A stretch of DNA of 64,000 nt, from contig NC_135808.1 of the NCBI RefSeq assembly GCF_964213995.1, forward strand, positions 7,440,001 to 7,504,000. Reading direction: 5' to 3'. The translations under genes were made by a program, and so were the position numbers. This DNA comes from Mustelus asterias. Its lineage: Eukaryota. Below, piece after piece: positions 1-13,093 of the stretch; the stretch's first letter is position 1, and each line of letters opens with the position of its first letter. The notes under the pieces were generated by a model that was not told the origin of the DNA, ran no database searches, and saw only the letters and a list, made by a program, of their open reading frames with translations.

Positions 1-230
1 GGCCTCTTCTATCGACGTTTCACTAACTTCTGACGCCATGCAAAAATGCAATACATTCTCCACGCCTGGGCACAAAGGACAATATAGAATTATGCTACAG
101 AATTAATACAGCGCATGTTTAACTGAATTGATAGATTACATTACTGCATGGTTGAAAATGTGGATCACGTACAAACTAATAAGTTTTCTTTCCAACTAAG
201 AATATTTACATATACACAAATAATCACACA

Positions 231-330
231 TAAACACACACACACACACACACACATACATACACACACGCACACACACACACATATATATACAAATATA
301 CACACACGCATGCACACACAGACAGACATG
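231..330. repeat. (CA)n-rich microsatellite next to the assembly gap
   Basis: Degenerate CACACA/TACACA tract running into the N run. A similar tract lies at about 1133-1262. Confidence 0.9.
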
Positions 331-468
331 NNNNNNNNNNNNNNNNNNNNNNNNNNNNNNNNNNNNNNNNNNNNNNNNNNNNNNNNNNNNNNNNNNNNNN
401 NNNNNNNNNNNNNNNNNNNNNNNNNNNNNNNNNNNNNNNNNNNNNNNNNNNNNNNNNNNNNNNNNNNN
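331..468. other. Assembly gap
   Basis: Run of N. Confidence 1.
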
Positions 469-1585
469 GACAGCATCTTAAAGAAAAACATCAGTATTTC
501 GAGTGGGGACCATTTGAGTGGTGTTAAATGGTGATTCGTAGTTTTGTTTTACGTACGTTGTTCATCCACACGCTCCGTAAAAACAATTTTACCTCCTTCT
601 GACCGTCCATTAAAATTTGTAGGCTAGTAGCAACTAAACAAGGATAACAATTTTTTCAGGAAATGAAAACGATTGAATATAGATCAATGCACTTTAATAA
701 TGTGATGACATACCCGCATAGCTGTCTCACCTCCTTTGCTGAAACAGGAATAGAGAGCTAGGCTGAACTAACCACCGCCAGAACAACAATCCACCCATCC
801 GCATTCCACCACCAATCGGGAGGTGCAAAGAGACGTTGAAAACAACATTGACCAATTGCTACAATATGTGTATGAGCTCGCCTTTAATAAAGTCTTTACC
901 ACACAATTATAATATCCTCCAGATGAACACGATGAGAACTCACGGCCACACGTGAAGTGGAGCGAATAAGAAGGCCTCTATGTGAGGACATAAACCCGCA
1001 GGCGGTCTCGGAAGTCAAGAACGGGTTGAGGCAACTTCTCTAACTAAAATATTGGAGCTCGCCGTTTCACAACAAACTTTCACATGATTAAATTTTGTGC
1101 TTTATTAATAATGTATCATATGTTACTTCATTCACACATACAGGCACACACATACACTCACACAGCCACACACATATACACACACACACATACACACTCA
1201 TAGACAAACACATACATGCACACACACACATACACAGAAAGCGACAGACACACACACACATATCAGAGGAGCTTGAATCTCAGCCCAACTCATAGAATCC
1301 TACGGTGCAGAAAGAGGCCATTCGGCCTATCGAGTCTGCACCAGCCACAATCCCACCCAGGCCCTATCCCCATGTCCCTACATATTTACCCACTAATCCC
1401 TTTAACCTATGCATCCCAGGACACGAAGGGGCAATTTAGAATGGCCAATCAACCTGCCCGCACATCTTTGGACACACATATGCGCACATATAAAAAATTC
1501 CATCAATGTTATTTCTTAAAGACTACTCGAACCTCTACTCCATAGTCGGCTAACGTCAAACATTTTATGAAAAATTGAGTATCAT

Positions 1586-1890
1586 TATAGAATCATACAA
1601 TGCGGAAGGAGGCCATTTGGCCCATCGAGTCTGCACCGACCACAATCCCACACATAACCCCAAGCATGTACCCTTGTCCCCCTGACACTGAGGGGCAATT
1701 TAGCATGGCCAATCCACCTAAACCACACATCTTTGGACTGTGGGAGGAAAGGAGAGCACCGGGAGGAAACCCACGCAGACATGGGGAGAACGTGTAAACT
1801 CCACACAGACAGTGACCGAAGCCCGGAATTGAATCCGGGTCCCTGATGCTGTGAGGCAGCAGTGCTAACCATTGTGCCACCGTGACGCCC
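1586..1890 (-). mobile_element. tRNA-derived SINE with CR1-like tail (shark HE1-like family)
   Basis: Head GGCACAATGGTTAGCACTGCTGCCTCACAGC...GGGTTCAATTCC (A/B boxes) on the minus strand and a GATTCTAT tail. A 5'-truncated copy lies at 1291-1473. Confidence 0.85.
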
Positions 1891-4176
1891 ATGGAACTTA
1901 TTTGTTTGTACATGATCCACATTTTTATCATTTTCTGTTAACATTTACCAATGAGGAACACTCCGTTTAAGACCACAAGGTGCAATCGTGGCAACTCTTG
2001 GCTCAGTTTGAGATTAACTGCTTTCTGGTCAGAATTTCAATTTCTTCTGCATACACCTCTATTCTGTGAAGCCATCTTTACAAACATCTTTGCATCTCTA
2101 TTGCAAAGGCTGACTTAGCAGTGTCGCTGTTAGAACTTTTAAAATTGGATTAGAAGGCCAGAGTGTCACAAATTGCAACGAATGTTAAAGTGCGTGACCT
2201 ACAAAAGCAACACTTTCTTAACAATAGATAAAAGCAAATTACTGCCGATGCTGGAATCTGAAACCAAAAAGGAAAATGATGGGAAATCTCAGCAGGTCTG
2301 ACAGCATCGGTAAGGAGAGAAAAAAGCTGAATTTCGAGTCCGGATTACCCTTTGTCAAAGCTTTGACAAACTCTTGGTCGGTGCAGGCTTGGATTTGGTC
2401 GGTGCAGACTTGGATGGTCGGTGCAGGCTTGGAGGGCCGAATGGCCTTTTCCTGTGCTCTACGTTTCTTTGTTCTTTGTTCTTTTGTTCTTTTCTCTCCT
2501 TACAGATGCTGCCAAAGCTGCTGAGATTTCCCAGCAGTTTCTCTTCTGATAACACTTTCTTAACACCAGTTAACATGGGGCAAATGCGTAAGGGTGAATG
2601 AACGTTTGTTAGGTATTTGGCTTCTGTGTAATTAACTGCTGTCTGCATCGCCCGCCAAGCGTCCATGTTGAGGCGGATGAGTCTTCTCTCCAATCAGATT
2701 CAAATGCTTACAAATAATTTTCGACTTTCTCAAGGTGTTATTTTGAACAGCGGCAGGTGCGAAACGCATTGCTGTGGCCTTCAATATTACCAATGCTCGC
2801 ACGTTTGGTTCAAAGGTGCGTTGAGTCACGGAGCAGGCTTATTGTCGTCACGTAGAAGAGAAAGGTCTATTTCCAACACTTCTGGATATAGTGAAACGCA
2901 CAGTAGATGTGAGATTTAAACAGATTTAAACATCTCCAATATGTCAAATCAAGAAATTCCCTGCCGAATATCATTTAGGGGCCAGATTGTACATAACAAA
3001 TATAATGTTGTATACTTGCAGTGCTAATTTTCGGCAGAGTGATTCTACAGGATCTCCATGTTTAATTTATTTTTCAAATTCTTACACATCCGCCTGTATT
3101 CTGTGAAGCCATTGAATGTTTTAATCTTCACGAGATGTAGATTTTCAGCTTTATTGCCCGGAAGGTAATCTGATGGATACCACACAGCCCCGCCGCCTCC
3201 GCACCTCTCCACCTCAGCCATCCCCCGCCCTCCACCGCCCCCCACCCTCCCACCCCCCACCCTCGCTGCATCCCTCTCCCCCTCTCCTTTACGGAGTCGG
3301 ATTGATATTGCTTGCTCAAAATTTAGTTGGATGAGGATCAGGTGGCAGCTATAAAGAACGAGCAGAGCCGCCAAAGTCCAGCATCCTCCTCCCCTGAAGA
3401 TTACGGAAGTGACCATTGTTGGTGTTGGACGATGGGGTACATTTAACAGCACTTCCCGAAAAAATAATCGGCTGCGCAAAAAAGGCTACGAATTCGTTAT
3501 TGCCTGCTTTCCCCAATGTCCAATGCCAACTTTACCAGCTGAATATTTTGGACTGTATTACCAACTCTCACAACATTGCTCGTGTGAGTGAGTTTGGATG
3601 CTGTCTGATTTGGGGGAACAGAATGGTCCGCTATGCGCCATAAACAACATGGATTGCCCAACCCACATGCTGATTGCCCAACGCACATTTTCATTCTGTA
3701 ATAACGGGTACACTCAGCTAATGACAATGAAAGAAATACAGATAACGCAGTAATCAAGGGACGCAGAAAGAATTAGTGAGAAACTGGAGGGACCGAATTA
3801 TGAGGAGCGAAATAGGAGTTGAAAAAGTAAATGTTTAGAGGGAATATGATTGAAGCTTTTGGGATTCTAAAGGGGCTGGAGAATTTAGACCACGCGAAGT
3901 TAGGAAACCTAATGTCTGTAGTGAAGAAATTATTACAGACAAAATGAAAAAGTGAATTGGCATTTGGGAAATGTTGAAGAGTGGAACCAAAACGCATAAC
4001 CTCGATTGAATGACGTAATCAAGAGGGAATAAAAACAATCAGTGAACATGTAGTTAATTAATCGATGAAAAGACTACCTAGAGGATGAGGAAATCAAATG
4101 AAATTAGTCCCTAGAACTGCAAACTCGATAGTTTTATATTAAATATCTATATTTTGGGATTTAACATTTGAATGAT

Positions 4177-4506
4177 GGTGGCATGGTGGCACAGTGGTCA
4201 GCACTGCTGCCTCACAGCGCCAGGGACCCGGGTTCGATTGCCGGCTTGGGTCACTGTCTGTGTGGAGTCTGTACATTCTCCCCCGTGTCTGCGTGGGTTT
4301 CCTCCGGGTACTCCGGTTTCCTCCCAAAGTCCAAAGATGTGCGGGTTAGGTGGATTGGCCATGCTAAATTGCCCCTTAGTGTCAGGGGGACTAGCTAGGG
4401 TAAATGCACGGGGTTACGGGATTAGGGTCTGCGTGGGATTCTACTCGGTGCAGACTCGATGGACTGAATCGTCTCCCCCTGCACTGTAGGATTCTATGAT
4501 ACTATA
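4177..4506 (+). mobile_element. tRNA-derived SINE (same family)
   Basis: GGCACAGTGGTCAGCACTGCTGCCTCACAGCGCCAGGGACCCGGGTTCGAT...GATTCTATGAT. Confidence 0.85.
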
Positions 4507-4835
4507 ATCACGAGGGGGAATGGGAAATGGAGTGCTGTTATTTTAGCGGGATTGGTGATCAAGCTTTATTTTCGACCTCTGATTCCAAATCTCCCCATCT
4601 CTAGCATCTTCCTCGACTCATGTCAGGGTCAGCGGACAGAAATGGATTGTTGCGACTAGTCAAAATCCGTTATTATTGTACCATGCGATCACAGGTATGA
4701 CAGGAAGTCTGTTACAGAATTGCCCTTTGGCTTCCATTGTCTAGCAGTTCCAACGTATTATCGTGCCCTGCCATTTCACTCAAATGATCCATGGTCATTA
4801 TGATAAGGGTGACGTGCACGAACTTCATCATCGGT

Positions 4836-5125
4836 TAGTTTATTTATTAGTGTCACAAGCTGGTTTACATTAACACTGCAATGTAGCTACTGCAAAAATC
4901 CCCTGCCCGCCTATACAGGTACATTGAGGGAGAATTTAGCATGGCCAATGCACCTAAGCAACACATCTTTCGGACTGTGGAAGAAACGGGAGCACCCGGA
5001 GTAAATCCACGCAGACACGGGCGAATGTGCAAACTTCGCACAGGCAGTGATCCAAGCCAGGAATCGAAGCCGGATCCCTGGCGCAATGAGGTAACAGTGC
5101 TAACCACTGTCCCAACATGCCGCCC
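4836..5125 (-). mobile_element. tRNA-derived SINE with an alternative 3' tail
   Basis: Same head, but the tail ends ...GTGACACTAATAAATAAACTA. Related copies at about 45968-46270 and 49350-49620. Confidence 0.75.
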
Positions 5126-5178
5126 TCCGTTAGTGTGACTTTCCTACGTTTTTCAGCTAAGATGAAAAAGGTTAGATA

Positions 5179-5692
5179 TCATAGAATCATGGAGATATAC
5201 AACAGGGAAACAGGCACTTCGGCCCAACTCATCCATGCCGACCAAGTTTCTGAAACGGAACTAGTCTCATTTGCCTGAACTAGTCCCATTTGCCTGCGTT
5301 TGGCCTCATCCCTCTAAACCTTTCCCATCCATGTACCTGTCCAAATGTCTTTAAAATGTTGCAGTTGTACCCGCCTCTACCACCTCCTCTAGCAGCTCAT
5401 TCCATACACGCACCACCCTCTATGTGAAAAAGTTGCCCCTCAGGTCCCTTTTAAACCTTTCTTTTCTCACTTTAAACCTATGCCGTCTAGTTTTGGACTC
5501 CCTTATCCTAGGGAAAATACCTTGGCTATTCACCTTATCTCTGCCCCTCATGATATTATAAACCACTATAACGTCACTCCTCATCCTCCTATGCTCCAGG
5601 GGAAAAAGTCCTAGTCTATCCTGCCCCTGCTTATAATTGAAGCCTTCCAGTCTCGGTAACATCCTTGTAAATCGTTTTTGCACACTTTCCAT
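5179..5692 (-). mobile_element. CR1 LINE 3' fragment
   Basis: Minus-strand ORF2 C-terminus (VQKRFTRMLP...LGLFPLEHRRMRSD...RGNFFT) followed by the 3' tail. Confidence 0.9.
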
Positions 5693-6485
5693 CGAGCTTG
5701 CGATTCTCTGTAAATTGAAATCAAGATAGTATGGGAGCAGGAAATCTGAAATGAAACTACAAAATGCTGGAAAAACTCTGCAGGTCTGGCAAAACCAATG
5801 GAGGGAGGAACAAAGTTGCGAGTCCAATATGACGGTTCCGAATCTGCATATTGGACTCAAAACGTTAACTCCGTTTCTCCACAGATGCTGCTGAGTGTTT
5901 CCAGCACTTGCTGTTTTTAATTTTCTGAGAATCACCGTTTTCTTTTAAATGTATCCCCTAAATGTATCCCCTAAACAGGCTCAAATAAAGCGTAGCATGT
6001 GTTCTTCGTTGTTACTCCAACACCGCTCTCAAGTCACTGACATCTCTCCAATTGAGCGCAAAAAGCAGCACTTAACTTTCCAGAAGTGATCTTTTTATTG
6101 TTAATAAGATTGGTGCTGCACTTTACATCCTCATGCAAGAATAACACATTCCAATAAACATCATTGTAATGTGTTGTTTCACCGTTTGTACTGTCATTTT
6201 AGCTGAAAGATATAATTCGATTCACATTTAAAAAGTAAGTTTAATTTAATCTTCTATTCTCCATGTTCTTGCCCTGAGTTCACTAATGGTCCAGTCAGAA
6301 GCTACACCGAAAGGAGTGATGTCCACTTTAGAAGCATTTAACAGGGAATACATTATGATAGAGTCTCATTATTGACAGGTGCAAAATCCTGCATTATCCA
6401 ACTCTAAATTTCTTGGGTAACATTTCCCGTGCAATTGTAAAGCAACTTGTTCAGTATTACGCATCCGCATTGAATGCAAACCATT

Positions 6486-6517
6486 TACTTCACTTTCTAT
6501 GGCAGCACAATTTGCAT
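6486..6517 (+). promoter_or_regulatory. Candidate gene A promoter motifs: IRF-type GAAAGTGAA (minus strand) and octamer ATTTGCAT
   Basis: TACTTCACTTTC at 6486-6497 and ATTTGCAT at 6510-6517, about 120-150 bp upstream of the leader ATG. Motif match only. Confidence 0.35.
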
Positions 6518-6639
6518 ATGCTGTGTCGTCAATGCAAGCCCACAAATAATGTCATCGCTGAAATCAACCCTCAAGGTATTGACAGTGTTTGACTTAAACA
6601 GCACAGCACACAATGTGTCCTGCAGTGTGTTCATTGACG

Positions 6640-6697
6640 ATGGATTCTATTCTAAAAATTAATCTGATACAGCTGATTCTCTTCCTTCCAACTACTG
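6640..6697 (+). CDS. Gene A exon 1: signal peptide MDSILKINLIQLILFLPTT
   Basis: ATG at 6640, hydrophobic core, phase-1 donor G|GTTAGT at 6698 matching the phase-1 V exon. Same 58-nt length as, and alignable with, the gene B leader. Confidence 0.8.
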
Positions 6698-7580
6698 GTT
6701 AGTTACCTTATATCATTCGTTATTATGTATTGCTCTGCCTATATCACTTGGTGCCATACAAAATTGTACTTCAGTTAGTCTGCTACTATGTAGTGCTCTA
6801 GCTAGCCTCGTTTGACGTTAACTTTACAAGACTCCGTAATTCAAAATATAAGATTGAAACACATTAATACACAATTTGTTACCCAGTTCCAATGTTGGAA
6901 TAAGATTCCTGTCTGAGATTGACGAATGCGTTATTTAAGATACGGTAAATGTAAGAACTATTTCAGTATCTGATACAGTTGATTCTCTTTCTTCCAACTA
7001 CTGGTAAGTTACCTTATATTATCCGTTATTATGTATTGCTCTGCCTATATCACTTGGTGCCATACAATATTGTACTTCATTTAGTCTGCTACTATGTAGT
7101 GCTCTAGCTAACCTCGTTTGATGTTAACTTTACAAGACTCCGTAATTCAAAATATGTGATTGAAACACATTAAGACACAATTTATTACCCAGTTCCAATG
7201 CTGAAATAAGATTCCTGTCTGAGATTGACGAATGCGTTATTTAAGATACGGTAAATGCAAGAACTATTTCAGTATCTGATGCAACTGATTCTCTTTCGTC
7301 CAACTCCTGGTTGGTTACCTTATATTAGTCGTTATTATGTATTGCTCTGCCTATATCACTTGGTGCCATACAATATTGTACTTCATTTAATCTGCTACTA
7401 TGTAGTGCTCTAGCTAACCTGCGTTGGATGTTAAATTTACAAGACTCCGTAATTCAAAATATGAGATTGAAACACATTAATACACAATTTGGCACCCAGT
7501 GCCAATGTTGGAGTAAGACTCCTGTCTGAGATTGACGAATGCGTTATTTAAGGTACGGTAAATGCAACTATTTCAGTATC
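6662..7580 (+). repeat. Tandem triplication, 306-bp unit, starting inside the leader exon
   Basis: Near-identical units start at 6662, 6968 and 7274 (ATCTGATACAG...ACTATTTCAGT). Confidence 0.95.
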
Positions 7581-9409
7581 TATTTACTGGGATTTCCCTT
7601 TATCATATTGTGAGGTTATTTCACCAAAGGTGATGTGATCGGGACATTATGCTTGGACCAATACTTGTGCTATAATTTATTGATTGCCAGTGCTCTCTTA
7701 GTACAATTTGAGAGGTTAAATAAATATATTTGCCTTTTTGGTTGACATTCCCTTATGTTGTGTCCTCCTCAAAAGTAATACTGATCCAGTTTTACATACA
7801 TTGACTTGGCATCCTTGATCTGATCATTGATCTGAAATGGTTTACACGAATTGCAAGGGCTGTTAGATAATTTTATGCAAGTTTTTTTATATTTATCGGA
7901 TTCTACAGAAATAAAGAAATGAAAAATATTTTTCTCAAATCAGTCAGCCAAGTTGCTGATACATCTCATTCTAACACCATCGTTAATGAAGATTATAAGT
8001 CCCTTTCTCGCATATATTTTCAAATTCGGCCAACGGTTACCAACCAGTTATTTTGAGTATCGAGTCTAACGTTGCTGGCAACAGAGTCAAATTACACTAA
8101 GGTTCTGGAAATCATATGGAATTCATTGAATATTCGACATTGTGGATAATGCTTGGGTTGGGATTAGGTTTGTGTATTTTCATTGTAAAGTGTTATTTTA
8201 AAGCCGCTTTAAATTTAGACATATAGGCGTGACACTGTTAAGGCAACAGTGCAGGATTAATTAAATCACATTTAAATAAGCATTTATTGGAAAACTAATT
8301 ACCGGACTGACTTGATCTTGACTCCGCATGTCTCTGTTCCTGCAGCCCTCGGTAAATAGCTCCATTCTGCTTATATTTGCTCTCCTTATCGTCCAGACAA
8401 ATTTGCCCTGCATATCAAAGTACAGTTAATTACAGAGGATTCATAGACATCAAGAGAAGCAGTAAGCCTAATACACACCCCGGAGGAATATAGTAATATG
8501 ACTCTATGTAGTTTGGAGAAAGTAACATTCACCAGTACTCTGCCCCGTTGTCTGATTTTATATCCATTCTCGCCCTCTCTTTAAATCTATGAACTCTATC
8601 ATGTCCATTCTGTCATATTTCCCCGGATGTCATTTTATCTACAGTCCCCTCATCGACTCCCTCGATTTCGTCATCAAAAGCAAAGACATAGGAGGTTTGT
8701 TCGGGAGCTTTAGCTTTCAATGCCTTTCTTTCCCCATTCATGGCAAAGAGTCTACTCTGCACTGGAACCATCGCTTCATTGAAAATTCATTTTGTTGAAT
8801 TACTACCCCTTGCTGTCACGGTCTGCTTATCATTTTCCAATTCAAGATATTTCTCTCTTGACTCGTCTTCACTCTTTATTCTGCCACATTTCCAAAATTT
8901 GAGCCTTTTCTTCCACTGTTTTGAATTAAAGCCCTCTTACTTCCCTAGTTATGCGGTTTGCTAGAACACTGGACCTAGCACGATCCAGCTGTCGGCATTC
9001 CCAAACGTACAGCCCCAATTCCCCAGTAAGGTGGCCAATGCCCCATGCATTTTCCCATACCACGCACCTCTCTGATTTTATTTGCTCAATGCAATTTGCA
9101 TGTTGCTCAAGTAAGCATATAGAGATTATTACCTGTATGATTTTGCTTTATATTTTAGTGCTTAGCTGCTCATATTCTCTATGTAGAAGTTGTTTCCGAG
9201 AGTTGCCTTTGTCGTTGGTACCTACTTGGACCACGACCAATGGTCCCCTCCTCCCCCGCCTCCCCCTCCTCCGCCCCCCCAACCCCACCCTGCAAGCTCC
9301 TGTCCAGAGCTGAAAATATATCCCGAACACTGACACCAGTAGTTCAACGCAGCCATCATGACTCACGCCCTCGACTGCAGAAAACGGTCTATCTCTCCAG
9401 CATAGACTG

Positions 9410-9962
9410 TCAAGGGATGTAGGCCTGCATTTATTGCCCATCCCTAATTGCCCTTGGAAAGGTGGTGGTGAGCTGCCTTCGTGAAGTCCTACATTCCATG
9501 AGGTGTAGGTACACCTAAAGTGCTGGTAGAGAGGGAATTCTTCGACTTCCAGGGTAATGTTGGGTTGTGTTGTTCGATTAATGTCGGGTTGTGTTATTAG
9601 GTTGGCACGGCGAAGAAACGGTGATATATTTGCAAGTCAGGGTGGCAAATGGTTTGGAGGGGAAGTTGCAGGTAGTGGTGTTCCCGTGTATCTGCTACCC
9701 TTGTCTTTCTAGATGGTAATAGTCTTAAGCTTGAAAGGTGTTGCCTAAGGAGGCTTGGTGAGTTTCTTCAGTGCATATTGTAGATGGTATACACGACTGC
9801 CACTGTGCGTCAGGGGTGGAGGGAGTGAATGTTGTAGAAGGGGTACCAATCAAGCGGGCTGCTTTGTCCTGGATGGTGTCGAGCTTCTTGAGTGTCGTTG
9901 GAACTGCACCCATCCAGGCAAGTGGAGAGTATTCCATCACTGTACAGACTTGCGCCTTGTGT
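9410..9962 (-). mobile_element. Old degenerate non-LTR retrotransposon 3' fragment
   Basis: Minus-strand MEYSPLAWMGA..TLKKLDTIQDKAARLIG (RT C-terminal region) and a GGGCAATTAGGGATGGGCAATAAATGC tail. Confidence 0.7.
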
Positions 9963-10213
9963 AATCGATCTGCAATTTAATTTGGGCGCTTTGTATAGAA
10001 GATGAGATAGCGAGGGAGAGCAACAAACTCAAGCATTAATCCGCCATTCGCTCTTAAAAGGCCGAAATGATTTGTTACCTTTATGCCACGTTCTGCCTAT
10101 GAATTGTGTATGCGTTTCGTTTGCCTCCGTATCTATAGACTGAGGAATGATAGTTGGATTTACCAACGAAAATGAACGGGCAGCTTTTCAAAATTAATTT
10201 TCCCCCATTTCAG

Positions 10214-10510
10214 TAGATGGGGAGCTCAATTTCATCGTTTACCAGTACCCTCCCTTTCTAACGGCAGCAGAGGGGGTGTCGGCGACACTGAACTGCGCCT
10301 TGGAAATTGATGAAAGCCTATCCCTTATCGGATCAGCACGTTGGACGTGGGTTAAACCACATGGTTATAGACTGGACAAGAGCCCATTTTATAAGGATCG
10401 GCTGGAGGGATCGGACGGACATTCATTGCTAACAACAGAATATTCATTCATATCTCCGACTTGGCTGGGAAAGACTGAGACACCTATTACTGCCATGTGT
10501 ACTTAAATGG
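10214..10510 (+). pseudogene. Decayed duplicate of the gene A V exon inside intron 1
   Basis: Acceptor TTTCAG, then DGELNFIVYQYPPFLTAAEGVSATLNC...W...YRLDKSPFYKDRLE. A 1-nt deletion near 10426 and an in-frame TGA before TYYC; G strand and donor are missing. Confidence 0.9.
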
Positions 10511-10624
10511 CTTTTGGGGCTGAGTGCCAATTCGCATTGTCATTGGCTTTTGGGGATTAGCGTCAGTTAGTGCCAACCTAATAACAAAACCCGACACAGC
10601 CAATCCAAAGAATAATTAGATTTT

Positions 10625-10838
10625 TTGATTTGATTTGATTTGTTGTTGTCAAATGTATTCGTAAACAGTGAAAGGTGTTGTTTCTTGCGCGCTATACAGA
10701 AAAAACAAAAAAGAAGGAAACGAGAGAGTGCAGAATGTAGTGTGGCAGTCATAGCTAGGGTGTAGAGAAAGGTCAACTTAATGCAAGGTAAGTCCAATCA
10801 AAAATCTGATGCCAGCAGGGAAGAAGCTGCTCTTGATT
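10625..10838 (-). mobile_element. Rex1/Babar-like LINE 3' end
   Basis: Matches the 3' end of the element at 24405-25045, with an (ATCAA)n tail. Another copy lies at about 11690-11844 (+). Confidence 0.65.
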
Positions 10839-11063
10839 CTGCATACACAACCTAACATTAACCTGACATTCTGTTTCAGATTCTGACTGGTTTGCTAGAT
10901 ATTTGAAACGCTTTACTTGACGTTTCCGCTAACCGTCGTCCTATTCATTTTCTTTCCATCTTTATAATATGAGATGTTAATCACACTTCGCAACCCAAGT
11001 TGTGGATAGCACCTAGCGTTTGGGAATTATCTCGCTTACAGCTGAGGTGTTTTTTCCCAACAG

Positions 11064-11402
11064 ATGGGAGGATGGATTTCACAGTTTACCAGTTCCCTCC
11101 CTTTATAACGGCAGCAGAGGGGGAGTCGGTGACACTGAACTGTACCGTGAAATTTGAAGCAAACCTACTCCTAATGGGAGAAACTTATTGGACACGGGGT
11201 AAACAGGATGGCTACAGATTGGACAAGAGCCCATTTTATAAAGATCGGCTGGAGAGATCAGACAGCAAATCATTTGCCAACAACAGAATACATATTCATA
11301 TCTCTGGGTTGACTGAGAAGGATTCAGATACATATTACTGTCATGTATCCTTAATGGGATCAGAAGTGAGGGATGGAAATGGTACCCATCTGGAAGTAAG
11401 AC
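11064..11402 (+). CDS. Gene A exon 2: single-exon VJ-type Ig V domain, NKp30/NCR3-like
   Basis: Acceptor TTTTTCCCAACAG, 339 nt, phase 1-1, donor C|GTGAGT. Motifs GESVTLNC, YW, ISGLTEKDSDTYYC and J-like DGNGTHLEVR all lie in one exon. No recombination signal seen. Confidence 0.93.
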
Positions 11403-12395
11403 GTGAGTAATACTTATAAACATATGCTTCATGAAAGAAACTGCTCTAATTTTCCACGAGCTAGATTGTTGTGATCCCGTATTTTCTGATCTAACTGCCG
11501 TGCAATTAGCTAACCGCTTGCTATTACACTGTTGGTGCAATCAGTTGAGGTGTATCTCGTAACACATGTAGCTCCTGACCACTACCACGTGAGTGATCGA
11601 AGGAGAGAAACAGGTGCCTTAAAATAAGATGGCGCAATGTTAACTTGATGCAAGTGTAACGTCGGCTTTAAATTGTTGTAAATTGATCCTTCGCTTCACC
11701 CTCGCTATGACTGTAACACTATATTCTGCACCCTCTCCTTTCCTTTTCTCCTATGTACTCTATGAATGGTATGTTTTGTCTGTGTGGCGCGCAAGGAACA
11801 ACACTGTATACCAATAAATGTGGCAATGATAAATCAAATCAAATTAAGTAACCGGACGGCACGATTTCATACACAAGCCACATGCGCTGTTATTACGTGA
11901 TGTGATGAAGCCCTCAGAAAGTCAACATACACGTTTCCTCAGTAGCTCCGTTTAGGTGCTTTGCGAGATGATGATTATATCTACAAACGCCTAAATTAGT
12001 ATCACACACAAGTTAAATAGAGAAATACGTTTATTTTAATTAAAATATTAAGTACCTCAAATGTAAGGCCTAAATGTTGCGATATTATTCTCCCTCCTCA
12101 CGTTTTCCGTCAGGCCTACATGTCATGAAGTCCATAATTTAAGACAATAAAACACTTTCTAAATACATGTTTTCCCGAGGACTAGTTTATGCTACAATTT
12201 GATTCTGTACGTGATGGGACAAAGCACTCGGTTAATTTGTTGATGCTCGCAGAGAGTTTCCTAGGATCTCGAAAGTTGTAGCGACAGAGCTAAATTGACT
12301 GGGCGGAACAGATATTAAAGTACAAATTTGCGATCCAAAAGCAAACCGCATGTTGTTTACAACATGTCTGATGCTTACAATGTACATATAATCCA

Positions 12396-12707
12396 ACAGT
12401 GTAGAAAGAGGCCATTCGGCCCAAAGAGTCTGCACCGACCACAATCCCACCCAGATCCTATCCCCATAACCCCATACATTTACCCTAGCTAGTTCCCCTG
12501 ACACCAAGGGGCAATTTAGCTTGGCAAATCCACCTAACCCGCACATCTTTGGACTGTGGGCGGAAACCAGAGCACTCGGAGGAAACCCACGCAGACACGG
12601 GGAGAATGTGCAGACTCCGCACAGACAGTGGCCCAAGCCGGGAATCGAATCCGGGTCCCTGGCGTTGTGAGGCAGCAGTGCTAACCACTGTGCCACCGTG
12701 CCGCCCT
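12396..12707 (-). mobile_element. tRNA-derived SINE
   Basis: Full head GGGCGGCACGGTGGCACAGTGGTTAGCACTGC on the minus strand. Confidence 0.88.
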
Positions 12708-12952
12708 TGAGTGCTCTTTTTGTGTTTTGAAGTACAATTAACTCTTCTGCCCTGTTGAACATAAGTCACTGTCAGATGTTCAGATGTCTGTGGGAAAGAA
12801 ATGCAAATTAAAAATTATTCCAAATATATTTCAATGGTGTATCCGAAGAGTCACTGAACGTACTCTACAATCTTGTGTAGAACAATTATTTTGTTCTTTA
12901 ATATTAGCCGGATCATAGAAGCAAAAACACTGTCTTCTTTTTATCTTTTTAG

Positions 12953-13093
12953 GAAGGATAAAGAAATCAAATTGCCTAGACCCCGGGACTGCGTTAATAT
13001 CTACGCTGTTGAGAACAATAATCTTACCAGCTATTGTCTTAGTTATCTTGCTACTTAAAACACTAGCAAGCAAACTGAAATGGAAATGCAATG
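12953..13093 (+). CDS. Gene A exon 3: Cys stalk and transmembrane helix (RRIKKSNCLDPGTALISTLLRTIILPAIVLVILLLKTLASKLKWKCN)
   Basis: Strong acceptor TTCTTTTTATCTTTTTAG, 141 nt, phase 1-1, open in the frame set by exon 2, donor G|GTATGT. Arg inside and Lys at the end of the hydrophobic segment. Confidence 0.88.

Noticed and set aside
148-1545. His/Thr- and Cys/Val-rich ORFs
   Set aside because: Translations of (CA)n microsatellites, the gap and SINE sequence.
3340-3595. TATAAA, CGGAAGT and GTGAGT donors as the first exon of gene A
   Set aside because: The phase-1 frame (MPTLPAEYFGLYYQLSQHCS) is not signal-peptide-like and the hydrophobic frame contains a TGA. The 6640 exon is a much better leader. 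A non-coding upstream exon cannot be excluded.
4177-4260. tRNA genes at SINE heads
   Set aside because: The A/B boxes continue into a SINE body and LINE-derived tail in many dispersed copies; these are not discrete tRNAs.
6662-7580. CRISPR-like array
   Set aside because: Head-to-tail 306-bp units with no unique spacers, in eukaryotic DNA with no cas genes.
11000-11410. Rearranging Ig or TCR V segment, or the 136-aa ORF as a stand-alone gene
   Set aside because: The J-like GNGT strand is in the same exon and is followed by a splice donor, with no heptamer/nonamer signal seen. The ORF's first ~21 codons are intronic.
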